From Squalus acanthias (Eukaryota): DNA of 64,000 nt. The position numbers and the translations under genes were made by a program. The stretch spans positions 32,490,001 to 32,554,000 of the forward strand of contig CM059433.1 of assembly GCA_030390025.1 (NCBI GenBank), given 5' to 3'. The notes under the pieces are model-generated. The model saw only the letters and a list, made by a program, of their open reading frames with translations. It was not told the DNA's origin and searched no databases. This document shows positions 38,262 to 51,900 of this stretch, one piece after another. Position 1 is the stretch's first letter. Each line of letters begins with the position of its first letter.

Positions 38262-41200
38262 GGGAACGGTAACGTAGTGGTAATGTCACTGGGCTAGTAA
38301 TCCAGAGGCCTGGACTAATGATCCAGAGACGTGAGTTTAAATCCCACCACGGCAGCTGTGGAATTTAAATTCTGTTAATTAAATAAATCTGGAATAAAAA
38401 AGTTAGTATCAGTAATGGTAACCATGAAACTATCGGATTATCGTTAAAAACCCATCTGGTTCACTAATGTCCTTTAGGGAAGGAAATCTGCAGTCCTTAC
38501 CTGGTCTGGCCTATATGTAACTCCAGACCCACAGCAATGTTATTGACTCTTAACTGCCCTCTGTAATGGCCTAGCAAGTCACTCAGTTGTAACTAACCAC
38601 TATGAAACATAATGGGGGAGAAATTCGGTATCGCCCCGTTTGGGGAGTAATTATCGGCCGGGCACAAAGTTTAGTGCCTGGCGCTAATTATTGCCTCTGA
38701 CTGGAAATCTGGCTTCTATCGCCCCTGGAGGTGATTGGAGCGCTAAATCAGGCGCTACACACCTCTCTTAAGGCGCCAACACCGAGGAGCGAGGCGCTAC
38801 CTCAGAGTGCTGGCGAAGTTCACGTGATGTCAATCAGCAATGGAATATAGACACACTGGCACCGGCCAGTTCTTAAAGGGGAGGGTCGATCTTGCTCTCC
38901 ATCCACACCGTGCTCATTGCAGCCTTGAATCTCAGCTTGGAAAGACCTGTACATCAAATCTGCTGGAAAGAACAATGGAGAGGCCCAGAGAAAGAGCTCA
39001 GAGTGCAGCCCCCAAAGTCTCTTCTAAATCGATGCAAGGAAGGTCAAAATGAACCTGCAAAGTGCTGCTCAGTACCCAAAACTCCTTCACACAGCGTTGA
39101 GTCTCTCTCTCTCTCTGAATGCGTGGTGCAAACATGTCGCTGACAAAAAAAGGCAGGAAGCGGTTTCCTTTAAATAGCACTCCCCAGTCCCATCCCGACT
39201 GCAAAACGCTCCCCTCAACCTGTCATTGCTAGTGGCAGGCGGTAAGGCGGGGGGGCGCCATTCAATATCCGGTCCGGGGCATTGCACGCTTGACTAACGT
39301 CACGATCTGCAGGCGCAGGAGATCATGTTGGTAGTGTTTAGCGCCGCCGCACAATGTCTGGTCAATTTTGCAAGCGGCGCAAAAATCACCGCCTCCGGGC
39401 ACTAATTGCTTAGTGCCCTTAGGGCGCTAACGGGAGGCGCAAAGCAACCAAATTTTTCCCCCAATATGAAACTGGATGGACCATCTGGCATTGACCTCGG
39501 CACCGGCTACAGACATGGCAACGGCACACCCAGCCCAGTCAACCGTGCAAAGTCCTCCTCACCAACATCTGGGGACTTGTGCCAAAATTGGGAGAGCTGT
39601 CGCACAGACTAGTCAAGCAACAGCCTGACAGTCATACTCATAGAATCATACCTTTTAGCTAATGTCCCAAACTCCTCCATCACCATCCCTGGGTATGTCC
39701 TGTCCCACCGGCAGGACAGACCCATCAGGTGTGGCGGTACAGTGGTATACAATCGGGAAGGAATGGCCCTGAGAGTGCTCAACATTGACTCCAGACCCCA
39801 TGAAGTCTCATGGCTTCAGGTCAAGCATGGGCAAGGAAACCTCCTGTTGATTACCACCTACCGCCCTCCCTCAGCTAATTAATCAGTACTCCTCCATGTT
39901 GAACACCACTTGGAAGAAGCACTGAGAGTAGCAAGGGCACAGAATGTACTCTGGGTGGGGGACTACAATGTCCATCACCAAGAGTGGCTTAGTAGCACCA
40001 CTACTGACTGAGTCCTGAAGGACATAACTGCCAGTCTGGGGCTGCGACAGGTGGTGAGAGAACCAACACGAGAGAAAAACCTACTTGACCTCGTCCTCAC
40101 CAATCTACCTGTCGCAGATGCATCTATCCATGACAGTATTGGTAGCAGAGACCACTGCACAGTCATTGTGGAGACGAAGCCCCGTCTTCACACTGAGGAC
40201 ACCCGCCATTGTGTTGTGTGGCACTACCACCGTGCTAAATGGGATAGATTCAAAACAGATCTAGCAGCTCAAAACTGGGCATCCATAAGGAGCTGTGGGC
40301 CATCAGCAGCAGCAGAATTGTATTCCACCACAATCTGTAACCTCATGGCCCAGCAATTCCCTCACTCTACCATTACCACCAAGCCAGGGGACCAACCTTG
40401 GTTCAATAAGGAGTGTAGAAGAGCATGCCGGGAGCAGCACCAGGCGTACCTAAAAATGAGATGCCAACCTGGGGAAGCTGCAACACAGGACTATATAGCA
40501 TGCTGTTTCCGCTTTTTAGCATGCATGGACAGGGCTAAGCGATCCCACAATCAACGGATCAGATCAAAGCTCTGCAGTCCAGCTACATCCAGTCGTGAAT
40601 GGTGGTGAACCATTAAACAACTAACAGGAGGAGGAGGCGATTCCATGAATATCCCCATCCTCAATGATGGTGGAGCCCAGCACGTGAGTGCAAAAGACAA
40701 GGCTGAAGCGTTTGCAACCATCTTCAGCCAGAAGTGCTGAGTGGATGATCCATATTGGCCTACTCCCGAGGTCCCCACCATCACAGAAGCCAGTCTTCAG
40801 CCAATTGGATTCACTCCATGTGATATCAAGAAACGGCTGAGCGCACTGGATACAGCAAAGGCTATGGGCCCCGACAACATTCCGGCTATCGTGCTGAAGA
40901 CTTGTGCTCCAGAACTAGCCGTGCCTCTAGCCAAGCTGATCCAGTACAGCTACAACACTGGCATCTATCCGACAATGTGGAAAAACTGCCCAGGTATGTC
41001 CTGTCCACAAAAAGCAGAACAAATCCAACCCGGCCATATATCGCCCCATCAGTCTATTCTCAATCATCAGCAAAATGATGGAAGGTGTCATCGACAGTGC
41101 TATCAAGCGGCACTTACTCACCAATAACCTGCTCACTGATGCCCAGTTTGGGTTCCGCCAAGACCACTTGGATCCCGACCTCATTACAGCCTGAGTCCAA

Positions 41201-42394
41201 ACATGGACAAAGGAGCTGAAGTCCAGAGGTGAGGAGAGTGACTGCCCTTGACATCAAGGCAGCATTTGACCGAGTGTGGCATCAAGGAGCCCTAGTAAAA
41301 CTGAAGTCAATGGGAATCAGGGGAAAACCGCTCCACTGGCTGGAGTTATACCTAGCACAAAGGAAGATGATTGTGATGATTGAATGTCAATCATCACAGC
41401 CCCAGGACATCGCTGCAGGCATTCATCAGGGCAGTGTCCTAGGCCCAACCATCTTCAGCTGCTTCATCAATGACCTTCCCTCCAACAGAAATGGGGATGT
41501 TCGCTGATGACTTCAGTGTTCAGCACCACTCACAACTCTTCAGATAATGAAGCAGTCCATGCCCGCATGCAACAATACCTGGACAACATTCAGGCTTGCA
41601 ACCTTATGGCAGGTAACACTCGCGCCACAGAAGTGCCAGGCAATGAATATCTCCAACAAGCGAGAATCTAACCACCTCTCCTTGGCATTCAACGGCATTA
41701 CCATCGCCGAATCCCCCACCATCAACATCCTGGGGGTCACCATTGACCAAAAACTTAACTCGACCAGCCACATAAATACTGTGTCAACAAGAGCAGGTCA
41801 GAGGCTGGGTATTCTGCAGCGAGTGTCTCACCTCCTGACTCCCCAAAGCCATTCCACCATCTACAAGGCACGAGTAAGGAGTGTGATGGAATACTCTCCA
41901 CTTGCCTGGATGAGTGCAGCTGCAAGAACACTCAAGAAGCTCGACACCATCCAGGACAAAGCAACCTGTTTGATTGGCACCCCATCCACCACCTTAAACA
42001 TTCACTCCCTCCACCACCGGCGTACCGTGGCTGCAGTGTGTACCATCTACTAGATGGCTGCTGCAACTCACCAAGGCTTCTTCGGCAGCACCTCCCAAAC
42101 CTCTTGCACCTAGAAGGACAAGGGCAGCAGGTGCATGGGAACACCACCACCTCCATGTTCCCCTCCAAGTCATACACCATCCTGACTTAGAAGTATATTG
42201 CCGATCCTTCATCGTCGCTGGGTCAAAATCCTGGAACTCCCTACCTAACAGCACTGTGGGAGTACCTTCACCACACGGACTGCAGCGGTTCAAGAAGGCA
42301 GCTCACCACCACCTTCTCAAGGGCAATTAGGGATGGGCAATAAATGCTGGCCTTGCCAGCGATGCCCAGATCTCATAAGCGAATAAAATAAAAG
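38262..42394 (+). mobile_element. tRNA-headed EN-RT LINE, full-length copy B (interrupted by a MITE)
   Basis: tRNA-like head at 38262. A degenerate single ORF ~39540-42290 has APE endonuclease motifs (NIWGL, TTYRPP, VGDYN, LDLVLTN, DH) and RT motifs (ALDIKAAFDRVWH, QGSVLGP, MFADD). It ends in an A-rich tail. Confidence 0.93.
38614..39462 (-). mobile_element. Non-autonomous deletion derivative of Harbinger H2
   Basis: AAT TSD. Both ends are colinear with the H2 termini in reverse orientation. It retains the Myb start MERPRERAQ. Confidence 0.92.
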
Positions 42395-42419
42395 TGAAAA
42401 TTTAAAGCGGTTTTAGAAT

Positions 42420-42765
42420 GAAGTTCTGAGAGGTTTCGATCGGGTAGAAACAGTTTCCACTGGCAGGAGTTTCGGTAACCAGAGGACACATGTTGAAGAT
42501 AATTGGCAAAAGATCCAGGGGGGAGTTGAGGAGTTTTTTTTTGCTCAGTGAGCCATTATGATCAGGAATGCACTGCCTGAAATGGTGGTGGAAGCAGATT
42601 CAATAGTAACTGTCAAAAGGGAATTGGATATTTACTTGAAGGTGAAAGATTGCAGGGCAATGGGGAAAGAGCAGGGGAGTGGGACTATTGGATAGCTCTT
42701 TCAGCGAGCCGACACAGGCACGATGGGCCGACTGTTCTCCTTCTGCGCTATATGATTCTATGAAG
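42420..42765 (+). mobile_element. CR1 3' fragment
   Basis: TRGH-type region ACCAGAGGACAC and terminal ...TATATGATTCTATGA. Confidence 0.75.
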
Positions 42766-43249
42766 TCAAAATTACTCAGTTCAGCAGAGAACAAACAGTT
42801 GTTGAATAAAGTACAAGGAACATCGTTTAACAGATAATAAGACATGTGATAACGAAAAGATACTCAATGAACCAGAAGATGCTGCTGACTTGAAGGGACA
42901 CCCGACATTCAGTTACTAAGAAAAAATGAAAACAATGCATCACAGAGAATGATTGAATTCATTCGACCAGCTACCAGAGCAAAGGGGTTCCATAGTTTTA
43001 TTAAATTCATCTAAAATCTACTGGAGATGGGAAGAGCATGTTCAGTGACACTGTTATACTGCTAATTAACTGAATCCTTAACACTGAATATTGAGCAAAG
43101 CTGTGTTATGTTAAAAGGGTTCCCGCTAAGGCTGCAGTATCGAATCAAGTGCAGAGAGATGTTGTAGCAAACAGTCAACTATTGGCTCAACACGAATTCA
43201 CTAATTACAAAACCAAGCTAGTGACTATTGGGATGATTACTGTCATCAG

Positions 43250-43690
43250 TAATTGATACAGTAAATAAGTAGAAACTGTTTCCAGTGGCAGAAAGGTCAA
43301 TAACCAGAGGACACAGATTTAAACTAAGTGCCAAAAGAACCAGAGGTGAGAGCTGAGAGTTGTTATGATCTGGAATGTACTGCCTGTAACTTTCAAAAGG
43401 GAACTGGATAATTACTTGAAGGGGAAAAATTTGTAGGATTATAGGAAAAGAGCAGGAGAGTGGGACTAATTGGATAACTCGTTCAAAGAGCCAATACAGG
43501 CATGATGGGCCGAATGGCCTCCTTCCGTGCTGTGTTCCTTCCTCTTTGACCAAGCTTTTGGTCACCTGCCCTAATTTCTCCTCATGTGGCTCGGTGTCGA
43601 ATTTTTTGTCTTATAATACTCCTGTGAAGCGCCTTGGGACATTTTACTACGTTAAAGGCGCTATATAAATAGAAGTTGTTGTTGTATTAT
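43250..43690 (+). mobile_element. CR1 3' fragment followed by L2 3' tail
   Basis: 43250-43535 is homologous to 42420-42765. 43540-43690 ends AAAGGCGCTATATAAATAGAAGTTGTTGTTG. Confidence 0.75.
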
Positions 43691-44264
43691 TTAATGATTC
43701 TTTGCAAAATATAAAGTAAAAGTAGTTATAAAAGTGATGTGTCGCTGCCCTGTTCAACTCTGGTAAACTGGGAGTTAGAAGGTTTCAACCAATGCACCTT
43801 AATCAAACCCCCATTTTGGTCAACAGCAGAAGTAATGTCAGCTGAACTATATGTATCTTGAGCCGTTCTAGTGACCCAACCAATTAAATATTTATCTTAA
43901 ACATAAAATGGCAAGTTTTCCTCTTTGAAAGTCCCAGGAATGCTCAGTTCCCAAGTGTTGCAGAGGAAAGGAAATGGAGACCAGTCAAATCAGGCCACCG
44001 TGACCCTCCCCTCCTCCCCCCCATCCCACCCCACTCCCCAAATCTCTGCTACACAAGGATTTTCTGGGCACCCTCAATGCAGTCCTGGAGTACATACAGG
44101 CCCAGCATTGCACTGGTAAAGACGAAGGAAGGGGGGGGACATTTATAGTCTCCCACCTCACTGATCAACCTGTTGGGACATCAATTTTTATTTAAAAAGA
44201 TGTTGCGGATTATGAAAGCCTTTTCTCTCTGGCGGGGTAGTGGGGATCTCCTATGCTCTTCAAT

Positions 44265-44445
44265 ATAGTGGATCTGAGAGGGCAGTCAATCAGTTTAACA
44301 TCTCATCTGAAAGACGGCACCACTGACAGTGCAGCACTCCCTCAGTACTGCATTGGAAGGGTCAGCTCAAGTCTCTTTTGTACTCAAGTCTCATAACCTT
44401 TTGACTCCGAGGTGAGAGTGCTACCCACTGAACCACCACTGACAC
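44265..44445 (-). mobile_element. DeuSINE-like SINE 5' part
   Basis: A tRNA-like head on the minus strand (GGTTCAGTGGGTAGCACTCTCACCTC). Inverted match to ~44700-44780. Confidence 0.65.
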
Positions 44446-44689
44446 TTGGGGTGTGAGAATTCCTGCAGATTAGTGGTTCTGTAGAGCCAGTGTCTAGTAG
44501 TAGTGGCCGCGGCATGGCATGAATGCAAACGAATGATGGTGCTGTCTCAGGATAGCAGCAGCCCAGTTGATACCTGCACATGTTAGAAAAGGAAGCTGGG
44601 CTAGCTACTCATGCAACAGCACAAGAGGGAAGACAGCTCCACCCTTAAGCTTTTCTAAAAAAAAATTAAAAAGCACACAAACTAGGCGG

Positions 44690-45105
44690 ACACTCCAGTG
44701 CAGAACTGAGGGAGTGCTGCACTGTCAGAGGTGCCATCTTTCAGATGAGACGTTAAACCGAGGCCCTGTCCGCCCTCTCAGGTGGACAGAACAGATCCCA
44801 TGATATACTATTCAAAGAAGAGCAGGGGAGTTCTCCCCGGTGTCCTGGCCAATGTTTTTCCCTTAACCAACATTACATTAAAGCAGATTATCTCGTCATT
44901 AGCTCAACTACTTGGATTTATATAGTGCTTTTTAACATAGTAAAACGTCTCATTGCTGTTTGTGGGACCTTGCTGTGCACAAATTAGCTGCCACGTTTCC
45001 TACATTACAACAGTGATTATAATTCAAAAAGGTAATTCATTGGCTGTGAAGCACTTTGGGACGTCCCGAGGTAGTGAAAGGCGCTATAGACAGGCAAGTC
45101 TTTCT
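44690..45105 (+). mobile_element. DeuSINE-like SINE
   Basis: Core CTGAGGGAGTGCTGCACTGTCAGAGGTGCCATCTTTCAGATGAGACGTTAAACCGAGGCCC and tail GAAAGGCGCTATAGACAGGCAAGTCTTTCTTT. Confidence 0.8.
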
Positions 45106-46788
45106 TTCAAGGCTGCCGATGGGTAAAGATGCCTTTTGCGCTTTTGCAAAGGTTCTGAAAATTGTTATTTCCCCAATTCTGTGACTTGTCTTCATCCCTT
45201 CAAATCTCACCGACATGCGAGTTTCTTCTCCCAACACTAATGTGGTTCCCACGCCCATCCAGATCTACACCTTGAGCTGTGAATAATTATGCAAAGCACT
45301 GACTCACAGAAATTGAATACACATTACCATTCTGTCGCGATCTGCACCAGCTCGGAGCTATTTAGAGCCAATTTACACCAGTAAATCAGTGTGAACTCAA
45401 AGTAATTAAATATACAGTACATTTGTATGATTTGAAGGAGCCACAGAAGCAAATAGATTCATGCACCTCAGGAATTAAACCTTCACAGATTAACAGTGGG
45501 ACTGGTTTGAAAACAATAGAACAGATCATAATTTAAGAATTTGTGATGTTGAATTAAAGCAACAAGACACATTCACTGAACGAGCTCTGCAATGAATTTC
45601 TACAACAAGTTAAATTGATTTCAAACACCTAGCATAATCCATCAACCGCTAAAACCATTGTAGGCAATCGTAAAATAAATCACTATTTCTAGTGGATATC
45701 CCATGTCATTGCTTACAACAGGCCAGAGTCTCCTGTGGTTTGGCTCTTGGTGAGTCAGAGTGTTCACGTTTTCTAACTGGGAGGTTATCCCATGCAATGC
45801 ACAATGCATTAATATATACTTAATTCTCAGGTAATTGCTCACACACAAAAAAAATTCTCAAGTGCAAAATCCAGGTTGAAAGTGACTCATGGCACATGAA
45901 GTACAAAGATGCAACAAGGGTCCTTATATTATTTGTTTCTTTCCAATTATATCTTCTCCCTCACTATGTCTGGTTGCATCTAACTTTGTTACCTTCTTGT
46001 TAAGTCTCCTTCTCCTATGTATGCCTCCCCGTGTCTACATATGGCTCTCACACTTGCTTCTTCATTGACGTACCCAATTTCTTAACCTTCCTTTTACTTA
46101 AAGCCCAGGCTATATAGCAAAACGGCAGATCCAAAATGCACACCAGGATAATGTGGGAGCAGGCTGTGAAGCAGCTGGTGGAACACGAGTGGTATTGGAG
46201 CTGGGAGTCTAGGCCGAGCAGTTGTGGGTGGTCTTGGGCTGGAATAGGTTTTGCGAGGGAAGCAGGCAGCCTGGGCCCTGACTGCATTTGATGGGGTGTG
46301 GGGGTTAGACCTGGCAGCATTAGGGTGCATTCGAGTTTTTAGCTTGGGGAGATGAAAGGGAGGAGTTTTGGAGTATTCAGAGGGGTGCAACTGGAGCTTC
46401 AGAACACAAGGGAGGTGCTGGTTCCCAATGCACTCAGATGAGGTGGGGTACTTCACACCAGGGGAGCTGAGGTACAACAGAAAATGGGGACTGGGAACAC
46501 TGTGGCAACACCTTGCCTATACGGACACTTGTGTGCGATAGACATGTGCTGAATGCAGGAATTTTTAATTAAACGGACTTCTAACATTTTCAATAATGAA
46601 TAGGATGCCTTCCAGATTCAGCGGAAAGTTATTCACATCCTACTCTTGCCAGAGATGATAATTAAAACGACCACCTACAGTACATCAAGAGGTATGCACG
46701 CCACATTCAAAATACTTCAAACTGTAGACTCAAACTGGAAACTTGACAAAACAGCACCAAGTCTGCACTGTTGAGCTTGCAAAATAAT

Positions 46789-47505
46789 GGCCCGGATTTT
46801 GCAGTGGGTATGGCGGCGTACTCTCAGAGAACACTGTCATACCACCTTTGAAATCCATTGCATGTGCGAATCCCGAACTTGCAATCTGTCAACGTACGCG
46901 TTGACAGGCCATCCGCACGGCCCACGAAAAAGCAATTGTTGACGCAGAGTTGGGCTATTGCTATTTGTGTACGGAAATTGTTATGTTAAAGCGTAATGGG
47001 ATACTTCAGGCATGTTTTAAACATTTTCATCTCCGAAATCATATAGTTTAACTGTATCAAATGAGTTTTTCTTGTTTCTGCAAATATTATAATGATGTCG
47101 ATTAAAATTATCAGCAAAATTACATTTTTAGTGAAGCTGGTGGAATGAAGCTAATTAGGAATTAAATTCCAATCCTGTAAATTGCAATTGTAATTAAATC
47201 TGATTACAGGATTCCCTACTGAAATGATGGAAAATCTAATTCTGTTTTCTGATTGGAGGACCAGGTCCACATGACCCCAGCTATGCCGGCACGGACTCGA
47301 TGGGCCGAATGGCCTCCTTCTGTGCCATTATGACTCTATGAGTCCATGCTTCCGCACAGGGAGCCGTGGGCCATTATGCTGCCCTCCATTATGCAGCGTC
47401 AGACCGCAAGTTTTTGCAGGAGGACTGCCATCAGGTAGGCGCGTATTCTTTTCGCAGCTCGGTGGCGTACTCCGGAGCAACGCCGCCCACTGCAATTTTT
47501 GGCCC
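46789..47505. mobile_element. Harbinger-type MITE
   Basis: Imperfect long TIRs GGCCCGGATTTTGCAGTGGG...GGCGGCGT / ACGCCGCCCACTGCAATTTTTGGCCC. It contains a small CR1-tail insert at ~47285-47340. Confidence 0.65.
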
Positions 47506-47964
47506 ACAGTGTATAACAGCCAGTTCAGGCCCACACAACGATTTTAGGTTAGAAACTTTCAGTAACGCTCACTGCTACTCCATTAATCTGCCTTCATTAA
47601 ACTTTGTATAGTCTAGTGTAGTTTTGACTGCTTAGTTGCGTATACGATATATAATTATATGGAGATACATTCAAGATCCTTAAGCTTTTCTTAGATCTTC
47701 AGAACTCCGGGAAAGTGAACTAGAATATTCTGCAACCATAATAGCAACTTCCATTTATGTAGAACCTTTTAAGGAAGGACTTTCCCTAGGCTTCTCACCA
47801 AGGAAGAAGTCTTAATGGGGAGTTGAGAGGAGTGATCAAAAGCATGGTCAAAGAGACAGATTTGGAAAAGCTTTTGAAAGCAAAGAGAGGCAGAGGGGTT
47901 TGGGGCAAAAATTACAGAGGGCAGAGTGAAGTCAGTGGAAGGCTGTGTCACTTTATGTTGATTT

Positions 47965-48220
47965 GGCTATGATAAATTGACCCTTAGTGTTAGGGGGGGG
48001 ATTAAATATGTGGGGTTATGGGGATAGGATGGGATATGTTAGGGGGAATTAAATACGTGGGGTTACGGGGGTAGGGTGGGATATGTGTACTGTGGGGATT
48101 AAAGCAGGGACAGGGTACCGGATTTGGATGATCAGCCATGATCGTATTGAATGGTGGAGCAGGCTCGACGGGCCGAATGGCCTACTCCTGCTCCAAGATT
48201 CTATGTTTCTATGTTTCTAT
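47965..48220 (+). mobile_element. HE1-like SINE piece plus HER1-like LINE tail
   Basis: TAAATTGACCCTTAGTGT core and G-rich repeats, then GATCAGCCATGATC...GGCCTACTCCTGCTCC...(CTATGTTT)n matching the tail at 10845-10935. Confidence 0.6.
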
Positions 48221-48239
48221 GGTGGAAAGAAGGGAATTA

Positions 48240-48945
48240 TTACAGCATAGAAACAGGCCATTCAATGTTTATGCCCCACACGAGCCTCCTACCATTCCAC
48301 TTACTTCATCTCACCCCATCAAAATATCCTTCTATTCCTTTCTCCCTCATGTACTTACCTAGTTTCCCTTAAATGCATCTGTACTATTCACCTCACTCAC
48401 TCCATGTGGTAATGAGCTCCTCATTCTCATCACTGAGTAAAGAGGTTTCTTCCGAATTCCTTATTGGATTTATTAGTGACTATCTTATATTGGTGCCCCT
48501 AGTTTTGGACTCCACCACGAGTGGAAACATCTTCTCTATGTCTACCCTATCAAGCCCCTTCATATTCTTAAAGACCGCTATCAGGTCACCTCTCAGTCTC
48601 CTTTTTTCAAGAGAAAAGAGCCTCACCTGTTCGGTCTTTACTGATTGTTGTATCCTCTCAGTTCTGGCATCAGCCTTGTAAATCGCCTTGTAAATATTTT
48701 TTGCGCTTTCTCCAGTGCTTCCAAATCCTTTCTGTAATATGGAGAATAGAACTGTGCACAGTACTCCAAGTGTAGTCCAACCAAGGTTCTACACAAGTTT
48801 AACATAATCTCTCTGTTTTGAATTCTATTCCTCTAGAACATAACCCCAGTGCTTTGTTTGCACTTTATATGGATTTGTTAACCTGCATTGCTACTTTTAA
48901 TGACTTGCAAATCTGTATCCCTAGATCCCTTTGGGCCTCTACCCA
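48240..48945 (-). mobile_element. CR1 3' fragment
   Basis: Reverse-complement similarity to 53445-53855. The minus strand encodes QRDLGIQICKSLKVAMQV. Confidence 0.75.
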
Positions 48946-48950
48946 ATTTA

Positions 48951-51900
48951 GGGGGTGATTTTTCTTGGATACGTTAGGTGCTAAAGAGCCTCCGAGGTGG
49001 CCAAGTTGGGGTCTTGAGCTGCAATGCCGGTTTAGCCTGCCTTTAGCAAAAGACACCATCTTAATAAAGGAGTTGAAATGATTGCGAGCAACAGCCTCCC
49101 CGAGGATCATTAAGGCCCTGATAGCCAATTAAATTAGCTGCTAACGCTTGTTAAAGAGGCTGCACACCGTTTTGCTGGCTAGTGCTGCAATTAATGACTT
49201 CTGCTCACAGCGACCAGCTGAACAGGAATACAGAAGTCATTGGTGAGGATTGCAAGCGCTACTTAAAGCTATGCTCAGCTTTCACTGTTCACTTGCTGCT
49301 GGAGATGGACTGACTACACTGCATTTGAAGAGAACTTTTGATGCACATTTGGAGATTTTCTTTGTCACGACTTCACCGACACTCGATCAAAATTTTTCCC
49401 GGAAATTCTCTGAGGACTTCACCTAAAGAGATTGAGTGCTGTGCTACTCTACCTTATAGGAGTCACCAGGAGAAAGGGAATGCTTGGTCATGGGCATCTT
49501 GCTAAGGGTCCCCCTTGGTCTGCAGGAGGAATGGGAGGAGGAGATGAGGCCAGGCAGGCTGCTGCAGGAAAGAGACAGAGGAGGGACAGGAGGGGAGGTG
49601 GGGCTCCAGATTCATGGTGACTTGTTGCATGCTCCAGAATCTGGCAATCATGAGAGACCAGCCGTTACCACCAGCAATTGTGCCAGAGGGTCAAGCTCAG
49701 GAGCCACAAGGAGGAGGAGGAGGACGGCGACATGGAGGAGGAAGAGGAGGGGGACCAGGGGGAGCACCAGAGGGTTCCAGGTAGACAGCCCGCACCTGGG
49801 AGGGACGCTCACTGCCACCTAATTGAAGACTGCTTTTCAGACATGTCCTCCACCATCAGACTTCAAAGCACTGTTGCCACATGCATAATATTCCACGACT
49901 GAGGATCCATCAGGAAGTCCACCATCTACACTCACTCCTTTCAACCCCTTAACCTTGAAAATCACAGTTAAGACCACCAATTCCATCACTACCCATTCAC
50001 CAACATCACTCTTTATCTAAAGCAAAAACAAAAACAATGGAAAATGACACAGCCAACAGCACTTACAAATATTAAACTATTCACCCTGGTGCTTACACCT
50101 AATTGCGATCCTGGGTGCTCTTGCTTACTCTTGGTGCTGCTACAAAGTGAAACCCAAGTGGCAGCAGCATGCGAGGAGGATGGCTGCTGAGATTCTGAAG
50201 AGGGCAGTTCAGATGGCCTCCTATGACACCCTCAAGAGGCTGTGGGCTGCGATGGTCCCACCTCAGACTGCACCATCTCAGCAAAGGCTTCAGCAGTCTG
50301 ACAGGCAACTGCAAGGGCAATGGTGGAGTGGCGGCGGAGGGAGCAGGAATGCTGCCATCTGGGGAGAGGTCAGTAGTTTGCTGCTCCATGATTCCCACAC
50401 CAGTACCTCGGGGCGTCTGTTCAGCCAGCCCAGAGATCTGTCCGCCAGCAGTTGAGACACTCTGCAAGCCTCTTTCAACCGAGGAGACCAGAGCAGCACT
50501 TTACCGTTTATTGGAAGATGCAAGTAGTGCAATGGAAGCTTATTGTTTCATGCAAGCTGCGATGTCAGTCATCAGATGCTGCATGATGTCGGGCTCCATA
50601 GGTCACTGGATGGAATTGGCCAGCCTCTCCACGTTGGAGATGATGGGTTCCAGGTTTTGTGTCATGCCACGGGCCAAGCTGGAGGTGGACTCCTCCATCC
50701 CCCTCATTACGATGCGTAAGCTTTTGGACAGGCTGTCCATTGCACCAAGCATTTGGTTTGTCAAACCCATCAGCTCTCTTCTAAAGCTTGGCTCTGCGAG
50801 GTCCTCATCTGATTCCTCTACAGCAGAACTAGTATGTGACCTTGCCCTCTGGCAAGGTGGCACCTGTGGTGTCCCTTCCACCCAACTTGGCTGCTGCCCA
50901 CTCATGCACGGTGCGTCCCACTATGAGGATCAGTGTTCTAACCTAGCCCCTAAGTTATGCATAGTTCCAGTCTCTGATCTGGTGCCTGCGACAGTGGCAG
51001 CGATTGACACAGTGCCATCTTCTTCGCTCTCCTCCTCCGGAAGTTGAGGTGGCTCTTCCAGTTCCTCCCAGGGGTGATGTGGATCTAGCTCCTGGGAGCC
51101 TGCAATGATAAAGCTAGAAGGGTTAGGGTGCAGCACATATGGCCACTATAGGTGTGTGTGTGATGAGACCATATGGAGCTTGGGAGTGAGGATAGATTTG
51201 AGGGATTAGGGATCAGGAATAGTTGTGGATCTGTAAGGAAGCTGGAGTGGCCACATACTTCGAGGCGATATAGCCCCTGCTCTGCCTGTGGCCACAGCTT
51301 CTGTCACTCCCCTCTCGATCACCGCCAGCACCTCCTCAAGAGGAGTGATATCATGCAGTTGTGCTTCCCCTCCCCTGGTCAGGTCCTGCTGCCGCCTGTT
51401 ATGTGCTATCTTGCCCTGGAAGAGAAAAAGAGTGGTGATTGTGAATGACTGTATTTGCATGTGTGTGTGTGTGTGTGTGTGTGTGCCTCACATGGTTGAA
51501 GAGCTGCCAGATGTGTCTGAGGTGTGAGTAGTGCCTGCAAAGGATGCAATATTATGGGGTGTGTGAAGGTCAGTGTATAGTTAGCTGGTGGAAACAGTGT
51601 GTTAAGGTTGTGATGCGGGTGGTGGTGCTGTTATTGAGCAATGTGTTTGTGGATGGACTCATATCTTGACCAGTTGTGTCAAGTCGTTAAATTTTTTGCG
51701 GCACAGAAGCCATGTCCTGGGGACACTGCTCCTAGCTGTGACTTCCTCGGCGATCTCCTCCTTCATGCACTGCATCAGCTGCCTCTGTGGCCTCCGTCCC
51801 CCCCACTGCGGGTACAGGACATCCCTCCTCCTCTAGGCCTCCTACGCCAGGACCTGCAGCACCGCATCGGAGAACCTGTGAGCCCTCTCCCTCGATACCC

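Noticed and set aside
50223..51047. 274-aa plus-strand ORF
   Set aside because: It is the antisense shadow of the Harbinger Myb exon 3.
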